From: Penicillus capitatus
Lineage: Eukaryota > Plantae > Chlorophyta
Length of the DNA: 64,000 nt
Direction: 5' to 3'
Assembly: GCA_965649825.1 (NCBI GenBank)
Contig: OZ287710.1
Location: forward strand, 310,001 to 374,000
Position numbers and translations under genes: made by a program. Shown here piece by piece: positions 1 through 12,600 of the stretch (position 1 is its first letter; the number at the start of each line of letters is the position of its first letter). Below the pieces are notes generated by a model. The model ran no database searches, was not told the DNA's origin, and was given only the letters and a program-made list of their open reading frames with translations.

Positions 1-693
1 AGTAGGATGCCACGGATGGAATGTCGACATCCATCGACATCTATTCAAAATGCCTCTCTCCGTTCCATTCACCCCTTTCGCCACTCCTGTACTTCCGGAA
101 GAGAACATCGTGTAACAATGGTCACAGTCTCCGACAGCGTCCGCTACGCAGATGTCTTTCATGGACGCATCAGTTGCCGTCTTGCTAAGGGCACTGGGCA
201 AAGTATCCACCATCAGGACAGAAAGATCCACTGATGCTTTCTCAAGTTCCTTGACATGGATGGTATCGCTGATCACTAGGGACACGTGCGCCTCGGCGAT
301 GATGCGCTGCATTTCTTGAACAGACCATCCTGGATTCATCGGCACGAATATCCCACTACAAAGAGATAGCGTGAGATGCACAGCAGTCGTGCATCAAGGG
401 TTACCCGATCTTCATCACGGCTAAAGTGGACACGATATAAGAAACAGATGCGGGAAGCAGAATACCAACACACTTCATCGGCCCTACCTCATCACCTCTC
501 CTCTGCAATTCTTGTGCCAAAATCACGACCTGTTGACGCCATCGCCCTCGCTCGGGCATTCTCTCTAAAACCGTACCCGGGATAGAACAGTGGTGGCAGG
601 GTATTCATGAAAGGAGCATGGGTGTTCGCCAGCAGGGCATTCGAAGATCGACCATCGTCGGTCGCCCGTCCAGATGGAATTGAAGAGACGCAT
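1..693 (-). CDS. Adenylation-domain protein, AAE19/AASDH (ACSF4)-like; 5' part, runs off the left edge
   Basis: Spliced minus-strand translation (2 introns): MRLFNSIW...VSTLAVMKIGGIFVPMNPGW...YTMFSSGSTGVAKGVNGTERGILNRCRWM. The ANL P-loop (SSGSTGxxKG) plus LNRxxWM is typical of NRPS-like AASDH/AAE19. Missed by the ORF track. Confidence 0.75.
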
Positions 694-1078
694 GTTCGTG
701 GCGTCATCCGTATCATCTCCGCTTTATTCCGTCACGATGTTGGGTCAGTTCAACGCGAAACTTCGAACGGCGTTCATTCATGAACCTATCGTGATGTGGA
801 GCTGTGCCATCTCTTTTGCAGGTCACATCCGAGCGCACGCGCCTCTCACTCTCGCGTTTCTATTCCAGGGCTGGTCATTGCCGTCGCCGCACCGTATCTT
901 AAAGAATCTATGCAAGAAAAGAGACCCGTCCGCGTCATTCCTGCTCGAGAAGTGCGTTTCATCCCAACCCTATTCGATCCGGTCACTGAGACTGTGAGGC
1001 ATCTAGATGATTTCTAAACTAAAGGAAAGGAACTAAAATGGAGATCTTTAAGATAGCATCTCTTCCCCATCTTTCCAT

Positions 1079-1957
1079 CTATTCTTCAAAATCTCCGATC
1101 GTTGCTTTGATCGATGCGATGTCCAAGTAGAAATCGACAGCCTCTTTTGCATCGGCCGGAAGACTCATTGTAATCCCTGAACATAATCTCCTCCGCGGCG
1201 TCATGCGTTCTTACAAAAAGAGTGACATACCGAGAGACATGATCTTCGAGTGGTTCATTTGTGTGACTTCCGGAACGATTTTGCCTTTCCAGGTCAGAAC
1301 AAAGCCATTCAGAGGGATCCTCACATCATGCCATTCTTTCGTCCTGGACGTTGGAAGCTGAGGAGAAGCGACGTGCGATGTGACGTACCGGCAGGAGAAG
1401 AAGGATTGCCAGATGTCTTCGGATTCGCCACCCGTCACGAAATTGTAGACGCGGATGTTTGCCAAGAAAGGCATCGGTGTCCCGCGAATCCTCATGACCA
1501 GTTGACTAAACTCGGATAGATCCAGAAATTCTCCACTGTTCTAAAACGGCTTATCTCACACAAAAGGTCACACTTTGGAATGCGTAGACATGTGATCGGA
1601 TGCCACAGAATCCGCTGCGTTTGATCTTGGAGGCCTCGCGAATTTCGGTTGAGCAACGACCGGCGAATGTCACAAATCCCTCCTGTCTCCCTCGATCACG
1701 CTTCGCTTATCTGTTCGAGCAACGGACACAGACCTGAGGGTTGTGCGTGAGGTTGGTGACGGAGGCTCCGCCAAAGGAGGCGTCACTATAGGCGCTCAGA
1801 GATTCGAAGTCTTGCACTTTGGTGAAATCATAGAGCAGTCTCTCCGACTGGAATCGCATAGGATCCTTGACTGACACACATTCTGTGCAGTGACGGCACA
1901 AGTGGACTCACAGTTCTGAACGATGTTCTGCACTTCGCGTAGGACGCGTCGCCACAT
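1079..1957 (-). CDS. NDUFAF1: Complex I assembly factor CIA30/NDUFAF1
   Basis: Exons give MWRRVLREVQNIVQNFKDPMRFQSERLLYDF...SDASFGGAS...FLANIRVYNFV...WHDVRIPLNGFVLTWKGKIV...GITMSLPADAKEAVDFYLDIASIKA*, i.e. CIA30 family motifs. Confidence 0.85.
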
Positions 1958-2011
1958 CGAAAACAGACGTCACATCACGCACTATCTTTGATAAGTTTGC
2001 TGCAAGAGCAC

Positions 2012-3505
2012 ATGGAGTCGGGCGTCGTGGGTCAGTCCATTGCGCGTCCGGCGTCGACGTATCTTAACGCTCCATTGCCGGAGATTCTTGACATCTTAAG
2101 AGGACGTGTGCCTTCTGGAGATAGAGCAAAGTTTGAGATGTTAGCTCGATTGGCCGAGGCATCAACCGAATTTGATTTCCTGGAGCTGAGACGTCGCATC
2201 AAATGGACTTTCCGTCTGTTCTCAGATGGAGCTATGGGACGCGAACACGTTGGCCGACTGGGAAGATCGCTGCCTTCCAAAAGCGACCTCATTCAGAGAG
2301 AGCTGCGATTTATAGCAGACTTCTTGACACTCATGCAGACAGCGCATTATCATTTGCTGTCCAAGGAGCTGTGGGATGTTGCATTGAGTGAGGATTTTGA
2401 ATTGACGATGCCGTTGAAAGTGAATCTAAATGTGATGGATTCCAAAATGCTGACACGATTTTGGGCAGAACGCCCGACACAAAGAGAAGCCCTTCCACAC
2501 GTAGCAGACCGCGTTCTCATTTTTTACAGAGGTGTGTCGGTCGGAACGAAAACGGATGTCTTTATCTCCGAGAAATTTGATCTGCTGGCGACATATCTCG
2601 TCACAGATCCGCTCACGTATATCTGGAATAAACTCAATGGGAAGCCGTCTGAGACAAAACCTGAAAAGAGTGAGGAAGAGAGTGAGGATGCAGAGAGGTC
2701 AGTCAAACGCGTTTCTCTGCGATCTCTGTTGCCGGATTGGAAATCCGTCGTCCGACAGTTTTTTTCAAAGTTGGAGATCTCGGAGCCGACATTCGACAGC
2801 GTCGTTGTGCTGTATCGCAAGGCAAAAGCGAGTCTGCAGCCCTCGACGCCAAATACAAAGGATAACTATTATCAAGCCAAGCGCAATATCGTCATCAAGA
2901 TGTTCGATAGCGTCCCTTCGGCAGATCTGGAAGTGATCTTTCCTGAGAAAGTGGTGGATATACGCAAGACGTCATGGATCTATATTCTGATCACGCTAGC
3001 GGTGGCCGTGATCTCTGTCGCCATCACCATCTGGCAGACAGACATCGAGATGGCCGTCATAGGCTCTGCTCTGATGCTGTTCTTCGGCAAAGCGTTCCAG
3101 AGCTATACATCGATGCAGAGAGAAAAGGCGGCTATGACAGCAAAGATCTCCAAGATGCTGTACGATAAGACACGGGATTCCCAAGATGGCGCTCTCTTTG
3201 CGTTGTTGGATGATATGGCGGATCAACATCTAAAGCGACTTTGCGTTGCATACACTCTGTTGCTGCTCGTTTCGCAGAAAACCGCCGAGATTGATGAACT
3301 CAATCTTCTCTGTGAGCAATTTTTCAAAGAGAACTTTGGCAAAGATGTCGATTTCTGCCTCCGGGAGAAGATCCCGCATTTGATTAGCTCTGGACTCATA
3401 ACGGAAGATCCTGAGGACAAAGAACGGCTGATCGCTGTAGATTTCGATGCCGCCATTGTACACCTCGACGTCCACAGATACCCAAACTCACGATCCTGCT
3501 CTTAG
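2012..3505 (+). CDS. DUF3754 family membrane protein
   Basis: Intronless ORF of about 497 aa with F(E/D)LTMPLKVNL, IVIKMFDSVPSADLEVIFPEK and two hydrophobic helices followed by YDKTRDSQDG. First ATG at 2012 (the track starts at a TTG). Confidence 0.75.
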   Translation: MESGVVGQSIARPASTYLNAPLPEILDILRGRVPSGDRAKFEMLARLAEASTEFDFLELRRRIKWTFRLFSDGAMGREHVGRLGRSLPSKSDLIQRELRFIADFLTLMQTAHYHLLSKELWDVALSEDFELTMPLKVNLNVMDSKMLTRFWAERPTQREALPHVADRVLIFYRGVSVGTKTDVFISEKFDLLATYLVTDPLTYIWNKLNGKPSETKPEKSEEESEDAERSVKRVSLRSLLPDWKSVVRQFFSKLEISEPTFDSVVVLYRKAKASLQPSTPNTKDNYYQAKRNIVIKMFDSVPSADLEVIFPEKVVDIRKTSWIYILITLAVAVISVAITIWQTDIEMAVIGSALMLFFGKAFQSYTSMQREKAAMTAKISKMLYDKTRDSQDGALFALLDDMADQHLKRLCVAYTLLLLVSQKTAEIDELNLLCEQFFKENFGKDVDFCLREKIPHLISSGLITEDPEDKERLIAVDFDAAIVHLDVHRYPNSRSCS

Positions 3506-4646
3506 GACATGCTCAAAGAGAAATGGACAACGCGTCACCAGAAATTGGACCACCTCAATGCCGATGCACCTCTGTGTGAGTCACCGACGGCATGGATGCT
3601 GGCAGCAGGTAAAGTACCACTGTTCTCTTCGGAATGGATAGACGTCGATGGATGCTGTCCAGGTACTGGAGCGGTGGGTGGTGTTGCCAACATCGGCGTT
3701 TCTGCTGCGAGAGTCGTCACATCATCCTTGACGACTGGGGTGAGTGCAGGAATTCATTGTACGTATCTCTCCCCTTTCCTGCTTTCCTGCTGACGGTGTG
3801 TGATGCTTAACAGCAATGAGCAATTTGAGGGAAAATGTGAGAGGTACTGACAGCACGCACACTTTCCAAGATTCTCACACTTTTCTGCCATTCTAGGACT
3901 ACTGTTCCGTAGCGCGCCTGCTACCGACAAGAAGACTCAATAAATATGTCACCTATGTTGGAATCAATAATTCATGCTCATCTGCTGTAGATGGGTCATG
4001 TATTTGCGTGTTGTTATTGACAAGGATCCATGTAAAATGGAGTTTGATGGGACAGAGTTTCCTCACACTTGTGTCTAAGAATAGATGTCATTATCGCACA
4101 CAACACACAGCATAGCGTTTCACTTGCAGAAATGAATTTGGTCGTGCCCGAATCCCAGACGATCCCATGAGGAAACCCACAAGAAAAACATTCTTTCTTT
4201 TCCAGAAACAAACAAGATATACACACAGGGTGAAACAGGTTGTCCATTCCGACAGGCGTGGCATGTTTGCAGTGTTCAGTGCGTCGCAGTCATGCATGTT
4301 CCATTATTGAAACAAAAACTATTTCAAAGGAAAAAGCAATGCATGACATCTTCTCTTGGTACCTGTCTTATGCAGCATCATGAAATTGTTATTAGTTCAA
4401 ATTTCAGATGTGTGAAAGAGTGATTGGGTAGACCTCCACCGACGTCAAGCAGAAATCCAAAATTGGAACCCATCCACAAAACATACAAGCAAACAAGAAC
4501 ATTGTATGGCCACCCACACGTTTACATATAGTACGCAATTGAGTAGGCGGGAGAGGAAAGGCATGTGGGCAGTCCGACCATCGCACCCCATTCGCCACGT
4601 CTCTCATCGACAGCATGGACTGCCTGCCTCTCCTCGCTATTTTTTA

Positions 4647-5351
4647 CTAGATGTGTTTCACAGAGGCTAACATATGGGATACATTGCCGTTCTTGTTCAG
4701 CAGAGGACTCAGCTGAAGCTGCATCAAGAACGGAATCCCATCTTTGGCAAAGTTAATTACAGTCACATGGAGACGGGTCCGGTTCTCCAACGCATCCACG
4801 ATCAACTGTTTGGTGTGTACATCCGTACCGGGACCCTAAAGACACAAGACCCTTCTCAACTCCCCCGCCTCCACTGGGAATGGACGCTAGACCGTGAGCG
4901 CTTCGATTCCAGTCATATCCTTCAACTCCTCCGCATCGAACCCGCAGAGTTTCGTCCATTCTTCGTTCGCGAACACGACACGGGCACGATGGCCAGGCGT
5001 TGCAATGAGTCTTGGCTGTTTGAGTGGGTTGAAGTGCATGGCGCCATCGAGCGTAAACGGCGTTCCAGGTATAAGGGGGAACTGTGTCTGCTGCGTCAGG
5101 CGACTGGCAACGGCGGCGGTGCTCGTGCGCAAGCAGTTTCCCGGTATCGCAGATCTAGTATCGTAGCTGCTTTTCACTTTCTCAAGCGTAGCTCCTTCAC
5201 TTCCCGCATAGGGATTCCATTCCAACGGACCCGCAGCGGAGATATCGACCGACGCGGGAATGGACCGCGTTGCCGTGAAAATGGCACGCGCGTTGTTGTG
5301 ACAAAGCTTTGCACTCGAACGAGCGACAGACGCTATCACTCTGCTGTTCAT
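4647..5351 (-). CDS. Single PAS (LOV-like, PAS_9) domain protein with a putative mitochondrial presequence
   Basis: Spliced: QPRLIATPGHRARVVFANEEWTKLCGFDAEELKDMTGIEALT|GPGTDVHTKQLIVDALENRTRLHVTVINFAKDGIPFLMQLQLSPLLNKNGNVSHMLASVKHI*, with a GT-AG intron at about 4832-4890. The N-terminus MNSRVIASVARSSAKLCHNNARAIFTATRS is R/S/A-rich and acid-free. Start codon uncertain. Confidence 0.75.
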
Positions 5352-6733
5352 GCTCCACTGAACTGGCGACGATGGCGATGATGGAAAATGAACACAAAAC
5401 CCGCGAGCAATACAACGAACCAGTAAGATGTATGCATGCATGCCTATCATATCATCATAATGTCCACCATCATCTTTTTGGTGTGCATGTCCGAGGAAGG
5501 TGTCAGGCGTGTGTCGTGTCGTGTCAAGAGAGATGGCAGTCTCTAAGTATTGGTCTTTACAGGCAGTTGTTCTCTGCTGAAAGATAACAAAGAATCTTCG
5601 TGCGTTGGCCCATTCAGGAAGCTTTGGTCATTGTTGTTCGTAGCTTCACAAAGAACGACAAAACGATTCCCTAGGACACCGGGTTGAAACATACACAAAT
5701 AATATGTTAGTGTCAGTCGACCATCACAAACAGCGAAACATGGTCATTCATCATCACCCTTGTGCACCCCGCGAAGATAGAGGGCTTCGCCTGGAGTGTT
5801 GTTCGGTTGGTTCACTGGGGATACATGCTACAGGAGGACAGGTGGTGGATGATGTGCGTTTTTGTGGCTATACAAAGCATCGTTCGTTAGTTCGAACCTC
5901 ATTAGTTCACACCACAAAAACGCAAAAGAAAGAAGAATTCAACCACCACCGGAATACCCCCAAAGACATGTTCATCGTCGACAGTCTCACACACACGCAC
6001 ACAAACAAAGAAAGAAAGAAATAAACAACAGATAGATCTGTGAGATATGATAAGTCGTGGAGAGCGCATGAAAATCGCATCCGTCTTATTGGAAAATAGA
6101 CGATCGAACAAACATCAGAAAATCTGCCAACAAGACTTGTCGGGCATATGTCTCAAGTCTTCTCTCGGCGAAATCTTAGGTGAGAACAACAGTCCATATA
6201 ATGATCATGATGATGATGCATTCCTGTCTGTCATTGAGCAGCTGCTTCTTCCTCTATGATACCCATCGAGAGCAATCCATGATCTCACTCACTCGCTCAC
6301 TCACGCATGTAACTGTATCCCCCATCATCATAAACAAGAACACACAAATGTCGTCGATTCTGTCGGAGGCAATCCGCACATACCATGCATTGATTATATT
6401 GCCACAGCCAAAAAAACACAAAAGGCCAAAAGTCATCAGCATTAGATCCTCCTTCTTCTTAACTTCCACCACGAAGAACCGGACTTCTAATGGACAAAGA
6501 GTGATTAAGGCAATGAGAAAGGATCTTCTTCGCAAAGAGGATAGATACATGGATATACAACAAAGAACGGCAACAAACATCACTCGATGACCAAAAGAAT
6601 AAAGAACCATCAAACAACTGACGAATAAATGAGGCAGGGACTAGAAACAGTAGGTAGGGCCACTTTCTTATGTATTATTATTGCTGTTGTCTTGCAGATG
6701 AAGAATGGCTAAGAGGAAATCGAAAACAAAGCT

Positions 6734-8486
6734 TCATGGCTGTCCATGTTGGGGCTGCATGTTTATGGCTTGCGAAAAACAGGAGGGATCTGGATGTAGC
6801 ATCCCTCCACGGAAGTTTTCATGTACCGTTTCGAGACCGGCACCACCCCACCCTCTGAATAGGTTTCCAGATTGCTGATGAAAGCCCATTGTCGTCGATC
6901 CTTGCCAACCCATACCGCCTCTGTTTGAGGCGGCGGCTCCTGTCATTTGGTGCTGTTGCATCGGAACGGTCCACGGCTGCATCTGATGCATGGCATAGGG
7001 ATTGTTCAGTGCCAACATGCCATTGAGATGGCCAACAGTATTTGGCAAAAATGGGAGACTGGGTACATTGTGCTGGTGTTGTTGCTGTTGCTGAGGATAG
7101 GGATTGCTGCTGCCGCCTCCAAGCATTCCTGTGCTTTGAAGAAAAGCTGCTAGCTGTTCTTGCGTAATGCTGCCTCCCATTGCGTTGCTCTGTTGCTGGA
7201 CGATGCCTGCATTCAGATCCGTACCGGCAGGAAGTTTCGGAAGACCACTACCACCACCGCCGAAAAGCTTAGAGAAGTCCATCATCATGCCACTGTCCGT
7301 CGTTGACGGCATCGTGGTTTTCCCATCTGACGAAACAAGTCCTTGTTGCTGTCGCTGCTTATTCGATTCAGCCGAGTGACGACGACCAAACCCCAATCCA
7401 GAGGGTCCCTTTGGAAGCAGATTCTCAAAGGAGCGACGCTCGGACTTGCCCTCGGTTCCATTGGCCTTTTGCAACAGATCTGCCAAGTGGGATCTGCCAT
7501 CTGTGTCTCCTCCTGCTCCAATCATAGGAGCTCTTCCAATGTTCTGATGCGATTTCACGGCTTGGGCCAACAGGCCATTGTACTGTTCAATCAGGGACCG
7601 GGTCAAAGTTCCAGACAAAGCAGCCGAAGTGCTGCCAGAGTCTTCAGACATTACTTTAATATTGTGAAGGTAAGCAGATATGATATCGACGTAGCTCAGA
7701 CGGGACTCGGACAACGCAGCCAGCAGGTCATTGTAGTCATCTGGCGAGAATCCCAACAATGTCTGCAGCAGGAGTGCTGGATTGCCCAGTGTGCTGTCTG
7801 AGAGTGTCGTAATCAAACGTGCCAGAAGAATATCTGTAATCTGAGTCAATTGATCAGGCATGTCGTCTTGTTGAACCGCCTCTGTTGTTGTAGAACCTAG
7901 ACACCATAAAAGAGTGATATTTCGCGAGAAAAGAGTGAGGATGAATGCACGTTGGCTGTCCACAGAACGACTGTGGCCACTTCCATCCTGCGACCTGCGA
8001 CTTCCGCCATCGCCCGATTTGCGCCCTTCACTGCGAACCGACTCTTCCGATGCGCGACCTAATATGTATAACCATCTATCTATCAACATTTCTCACACGT
8101 TTGTCCGCGTCCTACTTGAACTCTTGGAATTATTATTTTTCTTGCTCTCGCGTCTTCCAGTACCCTGTTCGTGTTCCCCGTTCGAGGATCGATGATGGGC
8201 ACCTCTATACGGCATCGGTTGCTCACTCAACGCCTAAAGAGTGAGAATGTGAGATATGAAAAGGTGCGAGAAACGGTATGATATGGTGCACCTGAAGGGC
8301 TGCATCCAGCTTAGCGGCTCCACTTCTGTTGCGATGAACGACTTTCAACGTTCTTGGTTGTGGTTCGATCGCGGCAGAAGGAGTCTCTTCGGTGGGAAGC
8401 TCTTTCTTCATCGTGGCGACCTCCGTCGTTTCCGAAGTGAGAGATTCAACGTCAACCTCAGCGCGATTTGTAACTGGCGACATCAT
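6734..8486 (-). CDS. Hypothetical protein: S/R-rich disordered N-terminus, short helical core, Q/G/M-rich C-terminus
   Basis: ORF 8223-8534 joins ORF 6734-8089 through two GT-AG introns (about 8227-8284 and 8065-8121). A further in-frame intron is likely at about 7900-7953. No family recognised. Confidence 0.6.
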
Positions 8487-8869
8487 GAGCAGCGAAGCAG
8501 ATGGCGGACCAACTTCACACGCAGACACACACACGTCAGAAAACGTTAGACACGCGCAACGCCGCTTAGCTCGCGCAAGAATACTGGCTTCGTGACTGGC
8601 CTAACAAGAAAGGTCGGAAGACGGACGCGTGTTCATTGTACAGGTACACAGGACGTGCAACGCGGAGACGTGTTATCTAAACAATCGCTACTCGAGTCGA
8701 ATCGCAACAGACCTGGCGTTGTTCGTTACCGACCTGGACGTCTTCAAGAGTCAACGATTCACAACGCACAACAACACGCACGAATGCAAGGCTAAGATCT
8801 CGCCAATGCGACTTCACTTTAAATGGGCACTTTTGAACGCAGGATGCAGCGGGGCTGTCACATCATCCA

Positions 8870-9397
8870 ATGCAGCGTGGGAATTTAGCTGATGTGCCAC
8901 GAACGGTGGATAGTAATGTCGTTGCCTGCAAAGTCTGTGGGCTGATAAAGAGTTTTCGACAAGTAGAATGATCGAGCGGAGCGAAAGTCAAACCGAAAGA
9001 GCTGTTTTAGTTTTGTGAACGCGGTTGTGAAAACTGTCCCTTCTTAGAAATGAGGGGAGACCGACAGGCGACAGAAGATGGAACCACAGAAGCCTTTAGC
9101 GGGTCAACCCTCCATCCCCCTTTCCATCCTCTTTCATGACTCAGCTGAACAGGATGGCGAGTGTCATGGATCCACTAACGGGCTGGGCACCGAAGTGGAT
9201 GCACATCAGTAGAATTCGACGTCTTCTCATACGGAGTCTGACATCGAGGGTGCCATGTAGATCATCTGCGGTCGGGGATCTACTGTCTGTGTGTGGATGA
9301 GGATCTGCCTTTGGAGATTAAAGAAATTCTCGAGAACAAGAACGTGAACTATCGCATCCGGGATGAGGGATTCTATCCTCCTGAGCCCACGAACTGA
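8870..9397 (+). CDS. SPT4: Transcription elongation factor SPT4
   Basis: Spliced (3 introns): MQRGNLADVPRTVDSNVVACKVCGLIKSFRQ|FCERGCENCPFLEMRGD...TTEAFSG|MASVMDPLTGWAPKWMHI|NHLRSGIYCLCVDEDLPLEIKEILENKNVNY. Has the CxxC...CxxC zinc motif and SVMDP/WxxKW. Absent from the ORF track. Confidence 0.92.
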
Positions 9398-9603
9398 GTC
9401 TTACTGCGACACATGTGCCATTTGGATGTGTTTGTGATAAAGTCTATAAGGGATGTGATAGATGACTGCATCAAATTCTCCGTCTTGCTTTGCGCATGAC
9501 TCAGGCAATTCCTCGCCGTCGCCTCGGCTGTGCGCCTCGCCCCGCGCTCGTCGTTCAGAAGATATGCCATTGGTCTTTTGGCGTTAAAAGGAGAGGGATA
9601 TCA

Positions 9604-12600
9604 ATGCGAAAGCGTGTCTTTTCGAATCAAATGTCGGTCGCTGTGTTGACAGTCATCCTACTCTCTTCAGTTCATCGAGCATGTGGAGAGTACTATGCCT
9701 ACGATGGACGCCGCAATAATCTTCAGCACCCTGAATGGGGGTTGGCTTCTTTTGTAAGGCTGCAAGAGGCGAAAGCATTTTGGCTTAAGGTCGGCGAATA
9801 CGCCATTCATTCGCAAGCAAGTGCGCACAATCGACTACAGCGACGGCGCCGACACGATGGCTGTGAGGATCAACGAACCAACCCCTTTCTCTCAGTGGAA
9901 ATTGCGAAACGTCGAGTGCGTTTTAGGGATCGACGCGACCGAGTCCACGGGAGATCACTATGAAACTGCAGCCTGTTGGCGGTCAGGCGCAACCTCTAAG
10001 CACCAGAAGACTGACAGATATGGTGACCTACTTGGGTAGGCAGCGTCGTCTTGCCCTACTCAGGATAGCGTTTCCTTCGGTGTAGGACAGTTCTTCGACC
10101 ATGAGTTTGATCTGCGGGCGAAGTCCACGGACGAATCTGTGCCGATTTCTGTGCCACGATGCGATCCCAAATGGGACAGAGAATGCAATGGCAACGCATT
10201 CATTCCTTTTCACAGGTATGCGCTCGACTGTCGTGTAGCAAAGAAGCAAGTGGCCTTGTGAAAGATCGCACTACGTGAAAGACGGCTCCGGGCTGCGACA
10301 ACAGATCAACGTGGTCACTGCCTATCTCGATGGCAGCGTCGTTTACGGCAGCTCAGAGGAGAGAGCCATGCAACTGAGGACGCACATACAGGTTCGACAA
10401 TGCATCTCACTCAAAGAGAGAGTGAGATAATGTCATTCCATAGGGAAGAATGGCAACATCTGGTGGACTATTGCCTGACAATGTCCTCGGCATGGAGATG
10501 GCTGGAACGGAATCGGAGGCCATACTTAAGGCGGCTGGGGACATTCGGGCAAATGTGCATCCACCGATGCTTGCACTGCATACGCTGTTTGTTCGCGAAC
10601 ACAACCGTATCGCTGCCGAACTCTACGCAGAGCATCCGATGTGGTCCGATGAACGCATCTTCCAAGAAGCACGCAAATTCAACGTGGCATACATGCAGTC
10701 GATCTGCTTCAATGAATACCTTCCGATGCTTGGCGTTGCTCTGGATCCGTATGAGGGATACCAGTCAGACGTGGATGCCTCCATCGATAATTTCTTTGCT
10801 GCGGTGGCATATCGTTATGGCCACAGTGAGATCACGGAGATTCTGTTCCGATCGGACGAGGAAGGAAGGGAGATCGCAGATGGACATCTCCTCCTGTCAC
10901 GCGCATTCTTTGCGCCAAAGGCGACGCTGAATAACGGCATCGAACCCATCTTGCGCGGTCTCTGCATGAAGATGCAGGCCGATGTGGACACAGTCTTTGC
11001 CTCTTCCATCATGCACTACCTATTTGGCACAGCAAAACAGGGAGGCGTCGATCTGATCGCCACCGATATTCAGCGAGGACGAGATCACGGCATTCCAGAC
11101 TACAATACAGCCAGAATCGTACTTCGTCTGTCAATGTCGAAAGCCATAACGCACAGGGTGCTGCTTAGGAACTCGGACTCCCAGAGATGTTTGATTTTGA
11201 CGAGATCACATCGGACCCTTTTACGAGGAGAGTGCTAAGGGAGCTCTATGGAGACGTAAATAACATCGATGCGTATATTGGTGGAATGGCGGAAGAGCAC
11301 GTTCAGCAGACGAATCTTGGCCCGCTGTTCTACGCCTCTCTAAAAGATCAGTATGGGAGAATTCGAGATGGCGACCGACTGTATTACGAGAACGCGGAGA
11401 ATGGACGCTTTACTCAAGCAGAGATAACGGAAATCAAAGCTACTGGACTGCGAGATATCATCCTAAGAAACACAGACATTCAGGTCTGGCATCACTCTCT
11501 GGTATTTGAGTAACAGAACGGTGCACTTGTAGTACTTGCCGGAGAACATCTACATGATTGAGAACCCGGACGTCTATTGGTCTACAGAAGTGTCCGTCGC
11601 CGAGGGTTCGCCTACGTCGACCTCGACAGACGAAGAGACAACGATCACGCTCGCCGTTCTCCACGAGCCCTTATCGTGAACGCGGTTCGCTTTGACGTGT
11701 CTGTTTCAGGAAGGCTATTCCTTGACGTACTGGCGGGTCGACAACGAAGTGCACTTTCGGTTAACGGCGTCGACAACGGGCTGGTTAGCACTTGGATTTG
11801 AGGGACCGGCTGGAGGCATGATCGACGCAGATATCATCATCTGCACCGGCAGCGAAGGACAGGTATGCCAACAGCTATGCTCCTCATAGCGACAGGTGGT
11901 TTTGGTACAGGGCGAAGTTCGTGACTCTTGGAGCACTTCATTTTCGGATCCGGGACAAGATGAGGCTTCTGGAGGCACAACTGACGTTACGCTGCATGCA
12001 TTCTCTGAGCATGATGGAATGACGGAAGTGCATATCTCGCGCCGTCTGGATACCGGAGACGCCTTCGATCGAGTGATCAACGAAGGTGAACCGACAGACA
12101 TTATCTTCGCATGGGGAGCCGATGATGTCGTCGCCTACCATGGCGTCGCCAATCGAGGAAAGAGCAGCATAACGGTAGGTCCGTCTCTTCAGAAGCCTGT
12201 AAGTACGTGCATGCACGCTAGGTAACTTCCACCTCTTCCACAGTGTCCGAGGGAGCAACCTCGTCACCAGACGGGACGGCATCAGTGGGCGGCTCTGTCA
12301 ACCTTGCAGATGGCAGCTACGAATTGACATGGGCGCTGATGCCTGAATCGAGCGGATCTGCACGACATCTGCGCCAAAACGCCGAACAGCGTGTTCTGTT
12401 TACCATCAAGCTACAAGGCGAGGGATGGTTGGGTATGGGATTGGCGAGTCCTGCCGGTGGCATGACGGATGCCGATATCGTCGTGGCGTTCATGGATGCC
12501 GCTGGTAATTGCGATGTCGGCGACTACTGGTCCACCTCTTTCGTCCAACCGACAAAGGATACGGATCTCGGAGGAAGCGATGACATTCAGGATGTCTCGT

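Noticed and set aside
3509-3793. Small ORFs downstream of DUF3754 on both strands
   Set aside because: No motif and no consistent start or splice support; probably UTR.
4674-5381. 235-aa plus-strand ORF
   Set aside because: Antisense to the PAS gene; Arg-rich and motif-free.
6180-6613. Overlapping 119-136 aa ORFs in AT-richer DNA
   Set aside because: Low-complexity composition, no splice or motif support; likely UTR or intergenic.
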